Shown here piece after piece: positions 50,918 through 61,379 of a stretch of DNA of 64,000 nt (positions within the stretch are counted from its first letter, which is position 1; each line of letters opens with the position of its first letter). The DNA comes from Cyanobacteria bacterium P01_F01_bin.150 (GTDB lineage: Bacteria > Cyanobacteriota > Cyanobacteriia > CAKZMO01). The DNA lies in NCBI GenBank assembly GCA_039189765.1, contig JBCCYL010000023.1, forward strand, positions 14,915 to 78,914. The letters run 5' to 3'. A model generated the notes under the pieces. The model was not told the origin of the DNA. It worked only from the letters and a program-made list of their open reading frames with translations, and did not search any database. Made by a program: the position numbers and the translations under genes.

Positions 50918-51266
50918 TTATAAAGCAATCTGAGAACAATTTGCTCCCAGCCAGAATTGACTGCTAAATAATTTCAACACTATTCTGTCGTCGATGCAAT
51001 CAATATGTCGAATTATGTGGTTTTCCTGACCTGACGTAATAAATGTACGCGTTTAAACAACAGGCATGCGATCGCGGGAAAAAGTCTGTTTTTTTAGGCG
51101 GCATGATGGGGGGCCTGTTCTTTGAGTGGCGATCGCCGCTCCCCACTGAAGGAGGAGAGAGAAACTGATAGGATATAACCAGCTTTATATAGAGCAATCG
51201 AGCTAGTGCTCGACATGCGTAAATGCAGGTGTTCTAATTATTCACTTAATTTTGATACTTTGAAAT

Positions 51267-51512
51267 ATGGATATCCTTATTAATCTTTTACAATTTGGCC
51301 AAGCTCACGCCATGGCGTTGCTTCTATACATTGTTTTTGGAGGCACTTACCTAATTGTTGGACCTGCATTGGTCATGCTCTATTTGAATAAGCGTTGGTA
51401 TACAGCAGGCTCTATTGAACGCCTGTTTATGTATTCTGCGGTATTCTTTTTCTTCCCTGGTTTATTACTCTTCAGTCCATTTATCAACTATCGTCCCCAG
51501 AAGTCTTCCTAG
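51267..51512 (+). CDS. ndhL: NAD(P)H-quinone oxidoreductase subunit L
   Basis: YL..RWY.AGSIERLFMY..VFFFFPGLLLFSPF.N.RP; ndhL-DUF3007-trpA order. Confidence 0.93.
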   Translation: MDILINLLQFGQAHAMALLLYIVFGGTYLIVGPALVMLYLNKRWYTAGSIERLFMYSAVFFFFPGLLLFSPFINYRPQKSS

Positions 51513-51518
51513 AGAATT

Positions 51519-51576
51519 CAGAATAACGGTGCTGTGGGCGCGACGTGCCCACAGCACTTGCCTAAAGTTAGTACCC
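51519..51576 (+). repeat. Family 1 element, 5'-truncated copy I
   Basis: AACGGTGCTGTGGGCGC-GAC-GTGCCCACAGCAC-TTGCCTAAAGTTAGTACCC. Confidence 0.7.
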
Positions 51577-51599
51577 GAGTAAGGTAGCAGGTTAGTGTA

Positions 51600-51914
51600 A
51601 TGCGACGCATTGATGCGATTGGTGTAGGGTTAGCGGTACTTATCCTAGGGGGTGGACTATTTGTTGGGTTCCGAGCGTTTGGGTTCGATAGCGCCAAGGC
51701 TGGGATATGGAGTCAAGCTGTATTTATTTCCCTTTTGATTGTTTGGGTCCTGTCCTATGTGTTTAGGGCTGGCACGGGCAACATGACCTTAAATCAACAA
51801 CTAGACGATTACGAAGATGCGGTTTTACAGAAGCGTCTGGATGAGATGACACCTGAGCAATTAGCGGAACTCCAAGCAAAGTTGAATGATGGCGCCTCGC
51901 AAGAGGACACCTAA
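51600..51914 (+). CDS. DUF3007 family protein
   Basis: MRRIDAIG, AGIWSQA, W..SYVFR...MT..QQL.DYEDAVLQKRL. Confidence 0.92.
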   Translation: MRRIDAIGVGLAVLILGGGLFVGFRAFGFDSAKAGIWSQAVFISLLIVWVLSYVFRAGTGNMTLNQQLDDYEDAVLQKRLDEMTPEQLAELQAKLNDGASQEDT

Positions 51915-51953
51915 CAATTAAGTTCGAGATGTCAGTACAGGCATAGGATGCAC

Positions 51954-52016
51954 CACAGCCAATTCCTGATGGGCACACGTTCGTATTGCCCATCAGGAAT
52001 TGGCTGTGTGTTTTTT
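51954..52016 (+). terminator. Perfect 22-bp inverted repeat plus T-run
   Basis: CACAGCCAATTCCTGATGGGCA (51954-51975) / TGCCCATCAGGAATTGGCTGTG (51987-52008), then TGTTTTTT. Confidence 0.65.
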
Positions 52017-52101
52017 CACGCAGGTCCTTAGTCTCGACTGTCAGTCGCCATAGCTGCACTTATTCGATAAGCTAGGTACGGTCTAATCACAATAAAAAAG
52101 T

Positions 52102-52902
52102 ATGGTTTCCGTTTCTGAACGTATGAATGCGCTGCGCGATCGCGGCCAATGTGCCTTAGTTCCATTTATCACGGCTGGCGATCCAGACTTGGAAACAACA
52201 GCAAAGGCGCTTAAAATTCTCGATCAAAACGGAGCCGATGTCCTTGAGCTTGGCGTTCCTTACTCTGACCCACTTGCTGATGGGCCTGTTATTCAAGCGG
52301 CAGCGACCCGTGCCCTGGAAAATGGGGTGACCTTGGACAATGTATTAGATTTGGTCAAAGAGTTAAGTCCATCCATGCAAGCGCCCATTGTTCTTTTCAC
52401 ATACTACAATCCGATCTTGAACCGAGGGATTGATACGTTTCTAAAGCAGCTTGCAGATGCAGGGGTCAAAGGGTTGGTTGTTCCTGATTTGCCGTTGGAA
52501 GAAACGGATAATTTGATGACGCCCGCCCGGCAATTTGGCATTGAGCTAACTCTTCTGGTAGCCCCTACTAGCCCAATGGAGAGAATTGAAGCGATCGCGC
52601 ACAAATCAGAGGGATTTATTTATCTTGTGAGTGTAACTGGAGTAACGGGCGTTCGAACAACGATCGAAAGTCGAGTCCAAGACATGTTAATGGCCCTGGG
52701 CAAAATAACAGACAAGCCCATCGGGGTAGGCTTTGGCATTTCCCAACCAGGTCATGCCCGACAAATGCGTGAATGGGGTGCAAATGCGGTGGTGGTCGGC
52801 AGTGCTTTCGTAAAGCGTCTTGCGGAGGGAACACCCAGTAATGGGCTTCAATCCATTGAGACCTTTTGCCGATCATTAAAAGCAGCGCTCATAGATGATT
52901 GA
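52102..52902 (+). CDS. trpA: Tryptophan synthase alpha chain
   Basis: [52 protein letters not shown]. Confidence 0.98.
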   Translation: MVSVSERMNALRDRGQCALVPFITAGDPDLETTAKALKILDQNGADVLELGVPYSDPLADGPVIQAAATRALENGVTLDNVLDLVKELSPSMQAPIVLFTYYNPILNRGIDTFLKQLADAGVKGLVVPDLPLEETDNLMTPARQFGIELTLLVAPTSPMERIEAIAHKSEGFIYLVSVTGVTGVRTTIESRVQDMLMALGKITDKPIGVGFGISQPGHARQMREWGANAVVVGSAFVKRLAEGTPSNGLQSIETFCRSLKAALIDD

Positions 52903-52910
52903 ACTAGGCC

Positions 52911-53354
52911 CTAATTTGAGTCTTCCAATGCAGCCTGAATTCTTTTCAAACTGATAGACCGGGCTGCAACCGTGATTTGTCGTTTTTCTATTTGCACAAA
53001 CACATTGCCTGAGAAAAAAGATCTTAATCCAGAACGCTGGTAAAGTGCAATATCGTCGTCGAAACGTTCGCTCTCTTCGCTTACCTCGTACCCCATATCA
53101 GCCAAGATCGTTTCTAATAGCTTTAGCAACTTAGTTGGGCTTGCACTAGATACGGAGAATGTTGTAGTGCGGTTAAAATACCCTCCAGCCATTCCTCCCA
53201 ACAGCCCTATAAGCAGGCCAAACTGTTGCGGGAATCCACTGTCAAGCCCCAGCCCCGTAGCGCGAAGAGCGATCGCCGTCATGATAATTGTGGTTGTCAC
53301 AAAGTAGTATAAAAAAGTCGATGCAAACCCAGGTCCAAAGCGCATAATACCCAT
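52911..53354 (-). CDS. Hypothetical membrane protein
   Basis: GPGF..TFLYYF; two TM segments; YFNRT motif. Confidence 0.7.
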   Translation of the reverse strand: MGIMRFGPGFASTFLYYFVTTTIIMTAIALRATGLGLDSGFPQQFGLLIGLLGGMAGGYFNRTTTFSVSSASPTKLLKLLETILADMGYEVSEESERFDDDIALYQRSGLRSFFSGNVFVQIEKRQITVAARSISLKRIQAALEDSN

Positions 53355-53639
53355 ATCTCTATGTTATGAACAGAGCATAGCCATGCTTGCGGGGCGATTG
53401 GTACCTTAATAAATTATAAAGATATCTTAACTAAGTATGCCCCTGGCATGGTGACATAAAACTCAACATATAAGCCAGCCGATCAAACATTTTGGGCGTG
53501 GAAGCTATCTAAATGGTTGATTTGGTCGATTAAATCCCATATCACTGTTGACGATGCTACATCTTGATATTGAAATCACGATTGCACAAATATAAAATAA
53601 ATATTAAATTTAAGTAACTTATTCCATTAGGTTTACGCA

Positions 53640-53870
53640 ATGCCTCGTCTTGATGCTGCCATTATTCGGTTCCTATGGTCTGTTGTAGAAAAGCAGGCAC
53701 AATTTATTTCTGGGTTAAACGACGAAGCCATTAAAACCTGGCTTGTGCGCCAGGTTCAAGAACGTATTTTTCTGAGTCCTGAAGAAATTGAGGAAATAAA
53801 CCACTACATTCGCTTAAGACTAATGCTGATTCGTGATATCGCAGAATCCTGTGCAGCGAATTCACCATAG
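53640..53870 (+). CDS. Small conserved cyanobacterial hypothetical protein
   Basis: LWSVVE..Q......L.D.....WLV.QV.....LS.EE......YI..R..LIRDIA pattern. Confidence 0.65.
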   Translation: MPRLDAAIIRFLWSVVEKQAQFISGLNDEAIKTWLVRQVQERIFLSPEEIEEINHYIRLRLMLIRDIAESCAANSP

Positions 53871-53879
53871 GCCGCAGAG

Positions 53880-54833
53880 TCAGTCCAGGGTATTGAGATA
53901 AAGATATGGATCTTGAGCAATCCATCCAGACGGTGAGTTTAATCGTACTTCGAAATGGAGGTGGGGCGCGGTCACGCTACCACTTTGCCCCGACAGTCCG
54001 ATTTGCTCCCCCATCCCTACCGCGTCTCCCAGCTCCACCGTAATGTCAGATAGCTGGGCATATCGAGTCTGGACCCCACGCTCATGATTAATCACGACTA
54101 ATTTTCCATAACTGCCTCTTTCGCCCGCAAAGGCAACCGTCCCTTCCGCCACTGATATCACCGTCGAACCCATGGCCGCTTCAAAATCAAGGCCGCTATG
54201 AAATGTCGCTGGGACATCGGCAGACGGCTGTTGCCAGCCATAGCCAAGGGCGATCGCGCCCCCATTCTGTAGGGGTAGGGAATTAAAGGTCAGGGGTTCT
54301 GGCTGAGCCGATTGAGTCGCCAGTCCAGATGTAACCTGTCCCCCTAAGCCAGGAACAAACACCTGATTTGGCGGCGTCACGCCACACCCGTTTGACTCAA
54401 ATAGAACGTCAGCCCTTATTCCAAACTGATCGGCCAATTCTTGCCAAGTTGTTCCCGAGGGCACAGCATACAGCGCTCCATTGTGTGGAGGAATGTTTAA
54501 GCGATCGCCCACGGTCAGCGCATCTCTCTGGATTGATGGATTAACCGCCATAATGGAGCCTGGCAATAAGCCATAAACTGTGGCGACGGATTCCAGCGTT
54601 TCACCGGTCTGTAGCTCATGGGTGGTCATTTGGTCTATGACCGATGGTGGACATCCCGTAATATCGGTATCGGTGGCCTCAACCGTGACCCCAGGTTGAA
54701 CACTACTGCCCAACAGCCCCAACGCAACAACCATGCTCCAACCGAACCGTAACTGGCCCGTAAGCGGCTTAACAGACTGCTCTTTCACTGTGGATTGGAT
54801 AGCGCCCGGCTGACGACTGAACTGACGTTTCAT
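53880..54833 (-). CDS. LysM-domain M23 family peptidase
   Basis: Two LysM-like repeats; FHSGLDF (HxxxD), TRYAQL, PHLHFEVR. Confidence 0.92.
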   Translation of the reverse strand: MKRQFSRQPGAIQSTVKEQSVKPLTGQLRFGWSMVVALGLLGSSVQPGVTVEATDTDITGCPPSVIDQMTTHELQTGETLESVATVYGLLPGSIMAVNPSIQRDALTVGDRLNIPPHNGALYAVPSGTTWQELADQFGIRADVLFESNGCGVTPPNQVFVPGLGGQVTSGLATQSAQPEPLTFNSLPLQNGGAIALGYGWQQPSADVPATFHSGLDFEAAMGSTVISVAEGTVAFAGERGSYGKLVVINHERGVQTRYAQLSDITVELGDAVGMGEQIGLSGQSGSVTAPHLHFEVRLNSPSGWIAQDPYLYLNTLD

Positions 54834-54999
54834 AACTATTTTGATTAAGGTAAAAGCGGCGACTCACCATTGAACACGAATTCTTTTAACAGACATTCGC
54901 TAATCACCTATTTCTTTCCATTCAACTCCCATTCCATAATATCCAGATTAATCTTTCAGAGTTTTCTTATAAAAAAATTTTTCGTCCGCAGAATAATTA

Positions 55000-55077
55000 G
55001 AGTATCAATTTTAGATGGGTAATGTGGACGCGACGCGCCCACATCACCGCTAACGTTTCGCCTTAAAACGAAACCCA
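55000..55077 (-). repeat. Family 1 element, copy H
   Basis: Reverse strand TGGGTTTCGTTTTAAGGCGAAAC ... GGTGATGTGG/CCACATTACC ... CATCTAAAATTGATACTC. Confidence 0.85.
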
Positions 55078-55228
55078 TAGAAATTTATAAAGCTGGCACA
55101 ATACTGGAGCGGAATCCGATTTCTCCAGTAAGCTTATTATTGGAGGATAAATTAAAGACATCGTTGTTTGTCCCTACCCTCTTAGCAGCAACCCAGCGTT
55201 TCTGTAGCCCAGTAAAGGAAAAGCACAC

Positions 55229-56455
55229 ATGGCGTTTTCATTCAAAGCATTAACAACGGGTGCATTGCTTATCACCCTTGGTGGAGTCTTGGGCATTAGC
55301 GGATACCATTGGGTAACTTTAAATACTCAATTCAAAGAAAACGCTGAGCATCAGATTGCCAACAGTCTTCCGTCTAGAGACGAAGCGTTGGACATACCGA
55401 CAAATCCGACCTCCTCAACCATATCCACCATTGCCCCTGTCGGTCCTAATTTTATTGCCGATGCGGTGGAACAAGTGGGTCCTGCGGTAGTGCGTATTGA
55501 TGCCGAAAAATCTCTCTCTAACCAAATTGACCCGTTTCAAAACCCTTTATTTCGACGTTTTTTTGGCGATGAAGACACACAGCCAGAAAGGATGGAGACC
55601 GGCACAGGCTCTGGGTTTATTTTGAGCGCAGACGGTAGACTCATTACCAATGCCCACGTCATTGATGGAGCAGACGTGGTGAAGGTGACCCTTAAAGACG
55701 GACGCATCTATGAGGGGAAAGTAATGGGGACTGACACTGTCACCGATGTAGCCGTGATTAAAATTGAGGCGACGGATTTACCGACAGTCCAAATCGGTAG
55801 TTCAGAACAGCTAATGCCAGGGCAATGGGCGATCGCCATCGGTAATCCTTTAGGGCTTGATAATACCGTTACTGCAGGCATCATTAGTGCGATCGATCGA
55901 TCCAGTAGTCAAGTTGGCGTTCCGTCCAAGCGAGTTCGTTTTATCCAAACGGATGCGGCCATTAATCCAGGTAATTCCGGTGGTCCACTCCTCAATGATC
56001 GAGGCGAAGTGGTGGGCATTAACACTGCTATTAGGGCCAATGCTCAGGGGTTAGGCTTTGCAATTCCCATCGAAACAGCATTTCGCATTGCCAATCAATT
56101 GTTTGCGACGGGGGAAGCCAGTCATCCATACATTGGCATTCAAATGATGGACTTGACGAATGAACGCAAAGAACACATCAATCAAGCTCAAGCCCTTGAT
56201 CGACCCATTCAAGAAGATGAAGGAGTATTAGTTCTAAAGGTATTGGACGACACTCCTGCCGATGAAGCGGGCCTCAAGCCAGGGGATTTTATCCTCAAAA
56301 TTAATGATGTTGAAATTAAAACGGCATCAGACGTGCAACAACAGGTGAACAAAAGCACCATTGGTCAAGCACTAAACGTCTCAATTCGCCGTTATGGTGA
56401 ATTCCTAGAACTGCAACTGCTACCAACTCGTATGCCCAAAGAACAGTTGGGATAG
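55229..56455 (+). CDS. HtrA/HhoA/HhoB family serine protease with PDZ domain
   Basis: GSGFI, TNAHV, TDVAV, QTDAAINPGNSGGPL, C-terminal PDZ. Confidence 0.95.
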   Translation: MAFSFKALTTGALLITLGGVLGISGYHWVTLNTQFKENAEHQIANSLPSRDEALDIPTNPTSSTISTIAPVGPNFIADAVEQVGPAVVRIDAEKSLSNQIDPFQNPLFRRFFGDEDTQPERMETGTGSGFILSADGRLITNAHVIDGADVVKVTLKDGRIYEGKVMGTDTVTDVAVIKIEATDLPTVQIGSSEQLMPGQWAIAIGNPLGLDNTVTAGIISAIDRSSSQVGVPSKRVRFIQTDAAINPGNSGGPLLNDRGEVVGINTAIRANAQGLGFAIPIETAFRIANQLFATGEASHPYIGIQMMDLTNERKEHINQAQALDRPIQEDEGVLVLKVLDDTPADEAGLKPGDFILKINDVEIKTASDVQQQVNKSTIGQALNVSIRRYGEFLELQLLPTRMPKEQLG

Positions 56456-56605
56456 AGACATCAAGTTGGCCTCCAACAAAACACACAAAAGATATTTCTC
56501 AATAAAAAGTACTTGGGGTAAAGACAACACCCAAGCCCGTATGAGCAGAGAAAGCAAAGAATCGACGAAGAACCTACTTTAGCCAACGCAGTTCTACGCA
56601 AAAAA

Positions 56606-56971
56606 TTAATCGTTTTCGGAGGGATTATCTGGCTCAGTTAAGCCATTAAAGAGAGGGCTGGCTAAGTCTTCAAGCTCCATACGCTGCTCCATGCGGCGTA
56701 AGAAGTATCCAGTCATCATTGCAGAGGCCAATAAACTAGCTAAATTCTCCCGGTCAGTGGTGACCTGCACATTAAAGGCTTCGGAGGGTAATACGCCGAC
56801 TAGCCCCTGAACATTCTGCGAGATAATTTGCTTGATGTCTGAACTCACGGAACGAGCAACCATGGACAGCACTTCAGGAGATTGATGTTGCATGTACTGC
56901 AAAAGCGGATTCACGGTCGCTTCTTCATCTTGACTGTCGAAGAAGTTTGAATTGTGAGGATGAAACGTCAT
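56606..56971 (-). CDS. DUF760 family protein
   Basis: NPLLQY.Q...PE, NVQGL.G.LP, RENLA.LLASAMMTGYFLR.ME.R. Confidence 0.9.
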   Translation of the reverse strand: MTFHPHNSNFFDSQDEEATVNPLLQYMQHQSPEVLSMVARSVSSDIKQIISQNVQGLVGVLPSEAFNVQVTTDRENLASLLASAMMTGYFLRRMEQRMELEDLASPLFNGLTEPDNPSEND

Positions 56972-57116
56972 AAGGTGTGATCGTCTTACTTTGAGATCCA
57001 TTGTTACATTTATACACCCCATTGTGGAGAAACAGTCCAGAGTAAAAATCCTGAGTTCATCGTAAAAACTAGAATTAGGGCCTTTACATGAGGAAGATAC
57101 AGGGAAAATAAAAGAA

Positions 57117-57611
57117 TTAGGCTGTCTTATTAAAAGGATGTGGTAACGATTCTACCTGAAAATATTGATAAAACTTATTGGTAACCTGTAACCAGTAGGA
57201 CCGGCCTTCACTTTGGCGCCGTTTTCGCACAAATCCCATAGTAACGAGTTCGCTTACATGAGTATAGGCACCTGAACCGCGTAATTCAATCAGTTCAGTC
57301 TGTGAAATTGGACCTTTGAGGGCGATCGCCGCCAAAGTACGCAGCTTACCTACGCCTAAATCTAAAGGGACCAAAGTATCGACTAATTTTTGGTATGTGG
57401 AACGTAACTGAAGCGCATATCCATTAGGAGTTTCAGCAATTTCTAAAGCGCCCTGACGATGGGCATAGGTATCCATCAATTCCAGCAGCGCTTCTTCCGT
57501 CGTTTTGCGATCGCACCCCGCATATTCAGCCATCTGACTAATGGACAGCGGCTGTCCCTTTAGATAAAGAATAGCCTCTAGCCGATTGGATAAAGATGGT
57601 TCATTGGCCAT
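57117..57611 (-). CDS. scpB: SMC-Scp complex subunit ScpB
   Basis: LEAILY, LRTLAAIALK.PI.Q.EL..LRG, GRSY..VT..F..YF. Confidence 0.92.
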   Translation of the reverse strand: MANEPSLSNRLEAILYLKGQPLSISQMAEYAGCDRKTTEEALLELMDTYAHRQGALEIAETPNGYALQLRSTYQKLVDTLVPLDLGVGKLRTLAAIALKGPISQTELIELRGSGAYTHVSELVTMGFVRKRRQSEGRSYWLQVTNKFYQYFQVESLPHPFNKTA

Positions 57612-57623
57612 AGTGATATCTCT

Positions 57624-58475
57624 TTAATCTAAATTATGTCCGGTTAATTCTACAAAGATATCTTCCAGATTAGACGAGCGAACGAGTAATCCAGCCTTAT
57701 TCTCCTGCTGAGTTAAATATTGCTCTGCGTCCTGCACCGTTGGGAAAAACTGGTAATCCCAGCGATCGCCAGCCTGTCGCATCAATAGACCTTCACCATG
57801 GCGCTGTTTCAGCTCATCCAGGGTGCCCATTTCAATTAAAGTCCCTGCATCCATAATGCCAATGCGATCGCACAGATACTCCACCTCTTCCATGTAGTGG
57901 GTCGTCAGCAACATTGTCATTCCCTGCTGATTTAGTCCTTTAATAATTTCCCAAAGCCGTCGTCGGGTCTGAGGGTCTAATCCTACCGTCGGTTCATCTA
58001 AAAATAGAATCTGGGGTTGATGCAGCAGTGCTCGGGCAATTTGGAGACGACGCTTCATTCCCCCCGATAGAGTCTTGACCATGGCATCCCGCTTATCCAC
58101 TAGCTCTACATAGTCAAGCCACCGACTAATGGATTCCTTCCGCTGGGGCTGGGGAATATGATGCATTCGCCCATGAAACTCCATATTTTCCCAAACGGTT
58201 AAATCATCATCCACGCTGACTTGTTGAAGCACCACCCCAATTTGCTGCTTAACGCCTGCGGCCTGCCGCACCACATCGTACCCGGCCACGACAATATCCC
58301 CTTGGGTGGGCTGGGTCAGGGTGGTCAGCATTCGAATCGTGGTAGATTTCCCTGCGCCATTGGGGCCAAGTAGCCCAAAAATCTCACCAGATTGAATGGT
58401 CAGTGACAGATCATTGACCACAACGTTGTTGTTATAGACTTTGTGGACGTTTTGTAAGCAAACAGCAGGCAGCAT
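57624..58475 (-). CDS. ABC-2 type exporter ATP-binding protein (NodI/DrrA-like)
   Basis: GPNGAGKST, LSGGMKRRL, LDEPTVGLDP, TTHYMEE. Confidence 0.92.
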   Translation of the reverse strand: MLPAVCLQNVHKVYNNNVVVNDLSLTIQSGEIFGLLGPNGAGKSTTIRMLTTLTQPTQGDIVVAGYDVVRQAAGVKQQIGVVLQQVSVDDDLTVWENMEFHGRMHHIPQPQRKESISRWLDYVELVDKRDAMVKTLSGGMKRRLQIARALLHQPQILFLDEPTVGLDPQTRRRLWEIIKGLNQQGMTMLLTTHYMEEVEYLCDRIGIMDAGTLIEMGTLDELKQRHGEGLLMRQAGDRWDYQFFPTVQDAEQYLTQQENKAGLLVRSSNLEDIFVELTGHNLD

Positions 58476-58535
58476 AAAACAAAAAATTAAAAGCCAGACT
58501 CTAAATTATTACTAAAAGTAAAGTATCACTTATTC

Positions 58536-58611
58536 GGCGTAAGTTTTAAGCTGGAAAAAAGCTGACGGAGTGTTGGGGCTGCGCCCCAACACTCCGTTTT
58601 AAAATACAAGC
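58536..58611 (-). repeat. Family 2 element, copy 2
   Basis: ACGGAGTGTTGGGGC/GCCCCAACACTCCGT stem; ends like 8159-8236; flanks CACTTATTC/CATTTATTC. Confidence 0.75.
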
Positions 58612-58643
58612 CATTTATTCTTCTTGAGGAGGGAAGTAGGTAA

Positions 58644-60992
58644 TCATGGCTGAAAGCGTCGTAATCGCAGGGCATTAGTGACCACGGACACGGAACTAAA
58701 GGCCATTGCTGCGCCAGCGATAATTGGATTGAGCAACCAGCCAAACAAAGGGTAGAGCAGCCCGGCGGCAATGGGAATGCCTGCAACGTTGTAAATAAAC
58801 GCGAAAAAGAGATTTTGGCGAATATTGCGCATGGTGGCTCGGGATAGCTGAATGGCGGTGACAATGCCCTGGAGGTCTCCAGAAATCAGGGTAATATCGC
58901 TAGCAGCGATCGCCACATCCGTCCCTGTCCCAATCGCCATACCCACATCTGCCTGCGCCAGGGCCGGAGCATCGTTAATGCCATCTCCCACCATTGCCAC
59001 TAAAGTCCGTGCTTTCTGGCCTTGTCCCTGCTCTTGACTTCGGCCCTGTTTTCCATTCCGTTTTGGCCTAAATTGCTGGAGGTGTTTAATCTGGGCGGCT
59101 TTTTGGTCCGGGCGGACCTCTGCGATAACGTGGGAGATATTGACTTGGCGGGCGATCGCATCCGCTGTCCGCTGATTATCTCCCGTTAACATCACCACCT
59201 TGAGCCCCATCTGCTGAAGCGTTTTGATGGCCTGGACCGATGAGGGTTTAATGGCATCAGCAATGGCCAAAATCGCTTCAACTTGACCATCCACTGCCAT
59301 CCACACTATGGTTTTGCCGGATGCTTCCAGATTCTGCCAAAGCTCCTGAAAGTATATGGTATTTAATCCCAACTCAGTCATCCAGCGATAAGAACCGATC
59401 TGGAGCCAATGCCCCAACACCTCTCCTTGCACTCCACACCCAGGAACGGCTGAAAAATCCTGCACATTAGTTAAAGTTGGGGCACTTAGAGCATCAATCT
59501 GTACATCTTGTTCCTGTGCGTATTGCATCACCGCATCCGCCAGGGGATGCTCTGAATTCCGTTCCAGTAAAGCAGCCCATTTAAGCAGTCGTAGTTCATT
59601 GCCATTGGTCGTTCCCCGGACAGTTAGATAGTCCGTAACGGTGGGCTGACCTTGGGTAATCGTTCCTGTTTTATCAAGAACAATCGTGTGAATACTGTGG
59701 GCAAGCTCCAGGCTATCGGCCCCTTTGATCAAAATTCCATGTTCTGCGCCTTTACCAGTACCCACCATAATTGATGTGGGCGTTGCCAACCCCAGGGCAC
59801 AGGGACAGGCAATAATTAGCACCCCCACCGTTGGAATAAGCGCACGGCTTAAAGTGCCAGTGATGCCATACCAGAGGATAAAGGTAAGGAGAGCAATCGC
59901 CATTACCCCCGGCACAAACCACTGTGTCACCTGATCGGCCAGTCGTTGAATCGGCGCTTTAGATCCTTGGGCCTGATGCACCAGCTTAATAATTTGAGCC
60001 AGAACGGTATCTTTACCGACCCTAGTCGCGGTGAATGTAAAACTTCCAGTTTTATTTAAAGTAGCCCCAATAATTTCATCACCAGGGTGCTTTTGGACGG
60101 GCAGACTTTCTCCAGTCACCATCGACTCATCCAGCGTAGCAGTGCCATGCAGCAGTGTTCCATCTACCGGAATTTTTTCCCCCGGTCGCACTCGAATGAC
60201 ATCTCCAACCACCACCGCCGCAATCGGCAGATCCAGTTCTTGTCCGTCCCTAATAATCCGGGCGGTTTTAGCCTGTAGTCCCATCAGCTTACGAATCGCA
60301 TCAGAGGTTTGGGCTTTTGCCCGCTGTTCGAGCGATCGCCCCAGCAAAAGCAGGGCAATAATCACAGCCGCCGCTTCAAAATACACATCCGGCTGCAGTC
60401 CTTGCTGGATAAACCACTGGGGATAAACGGTGGGAAATAACGAATATAAAAAGGCAGTGCCTGTCCCCAAAGCCACTAGGGTATCCATCGTGGCCGTACG
60501 CCGTTTCCAGGCATTCCAGGCATTGACAAAAAATGAACGGCCAGCCCAGGTCATCACAGGCAGGGTAAGAACAAGCTGTAGCCAAGGATTATGCAGCCCA
60601 CTTTGCAACCACAGGGGGATAAACGGTAGCGATAGCCCGGTCATCGCAGGGAATGAACCCACTACCAGCAAGCCGCCAATGACCAGACTGACGACAACCC
60701 TGCACTGAAGCTGTCGGTGTGCTTCTTCCCGTTCAATTCGTTCGCTATCGTCCAAAGAGATAAACCCATCGCCTTCAATAAGCTGCGCAGTGTAACCAGC
60801 AGCTTCGATAGCGGCTTTAATTTTGTCGGTCGCCACCCGGACAGGATTATAGGTAACAGTGGCTTGTTCAGTCCCAAAGTTAACGTGACAGGTATTGACA
60901 CCAGCCACAGACTCGATCGCGTCCTCAATCGTCTTGGCACAAGCAGCACAGGCCATGCCCCGTAGCTTGAAAATTTCAGTATCGAGCGTCAT
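58644..60992 (-). CDS. pacS: Copper-translocating P1B-type ATPase (PacS-like)
   Basis: GMACAAC HMA domain, [47 protein letters not shown]. Confidence 0.9.
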   Translation of the reverse strand: MTLDTEIFKLRGMACAACAKTIEDAIESVAGVNTCHVNFGTEQATVTYNPVRVATDKIKAAIEAAGYTAQLIEGDGFISLDDSERIEREEAHRQLQCRVVVSLVIGGLLVVGSFPAMTGLSLPFIPLWLQSGLHNPWLQLVLTLPVMTWAGRSFFVNAWNAWKRRTATMDTLVALGTGTAFLYSLFPTVYPQWFIQQGLQPDVYFEAAAVIIALLLLGRSLEQRAKAQTSDAIRKLMGLQAKTARIIRDGQELDLPIAAVVVGDVIRVRPGEKIPVDGTLLHGTATLDESMVTGESLPVQKHPGDEIIGATLNKTGSFTFTATRVGKDTVLAQIIKLVHQAQGSKAPIQRLADQVTQWFVPGVMAIALLTFILWYGITGTLSRALIPTVGVLIIACPCALGLATPTSIMVGTGKGAEHGILIKGADSLELAHSIHTIVLDKTGTITQGQPTVTDYLTVRGTTNGNELRLLKWAALLERNSEHPLADAVMQYAQEQDVQIDALSAPTLTNVQDFSAVPGCGVQGEVLGHWLQIGSYRWMTELGLNTIYFQELWQNLEASGKTIVWMAVDGQVEAILAIADAIKPSSVQAIKTLQQMGLKVVMLTGDNQRTADAIARQVNISHVIAEVRPDQKAAQIKHLQQFRPKRNGKQGRSQEQGQGQKARTLVAMVGDGINDAPALAQADVGMAIGTGTDVAIAASDITLISGDLQGIVTAIQLSRATMRNIRQNLFFAFIYNVAGIPIAAGLLYPLFGWLLNPIIAGAAMAFSSVSVVTNALRLRRFQP

Positions 60993-61069
60993 GGCTAAAT
61001 TCCTCTATGATGGTAGCGATCGCAATGGTTGAGAGTCTTTGGAAGCGTTTTACTATCAACCTCAGTTTT

Positions 61070-61101
61070 ATTGTCAACTCTCCAGCCGACTAGATGGTCA
61101 A
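61070..61101 (-). promoter_or_regulatory. MerR/CueR-type promoter of the Cu-ATPase
   Basis: -35 TTGACC, 20-nt spacer with imperfect dyad ACCATCTAGTC/GGCTGGAGAGT, -10 GACAAT. Confidence 0.55.
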
Positions 61102-61379
61102 GGGTAGCAACTTACGGTAATGTTGGCTTGTATTAAAATGAAGTTCTTGAATTTTGAGAAATGTTAAAAGGACTATTTTCGTATCAAAAAACACTTTCAT
61201 TTTTTTACTTCTCATTCAACATTAAGGAATAGGAAAAGTTTGTCTTTACACTAATTGAGGTTCTCTTTTTTTGACAATCTCAATAGATTATTGAGGTTCT
61301 TTTCATAGAGATGGCCATTGATTAATGAATGTTTTTCAGTGGCTGTAGTTCAGGTTTGATAATAGTTTTAGACATATAG

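Noticed and set aside
4275..55077. Family 1 elements as integron attC sites
   Set aside because: They lack a consistent RYYYAAC...GTTRRRY end-to-end palindrome, occur in both orientations and sit beside core genes; no integrase present
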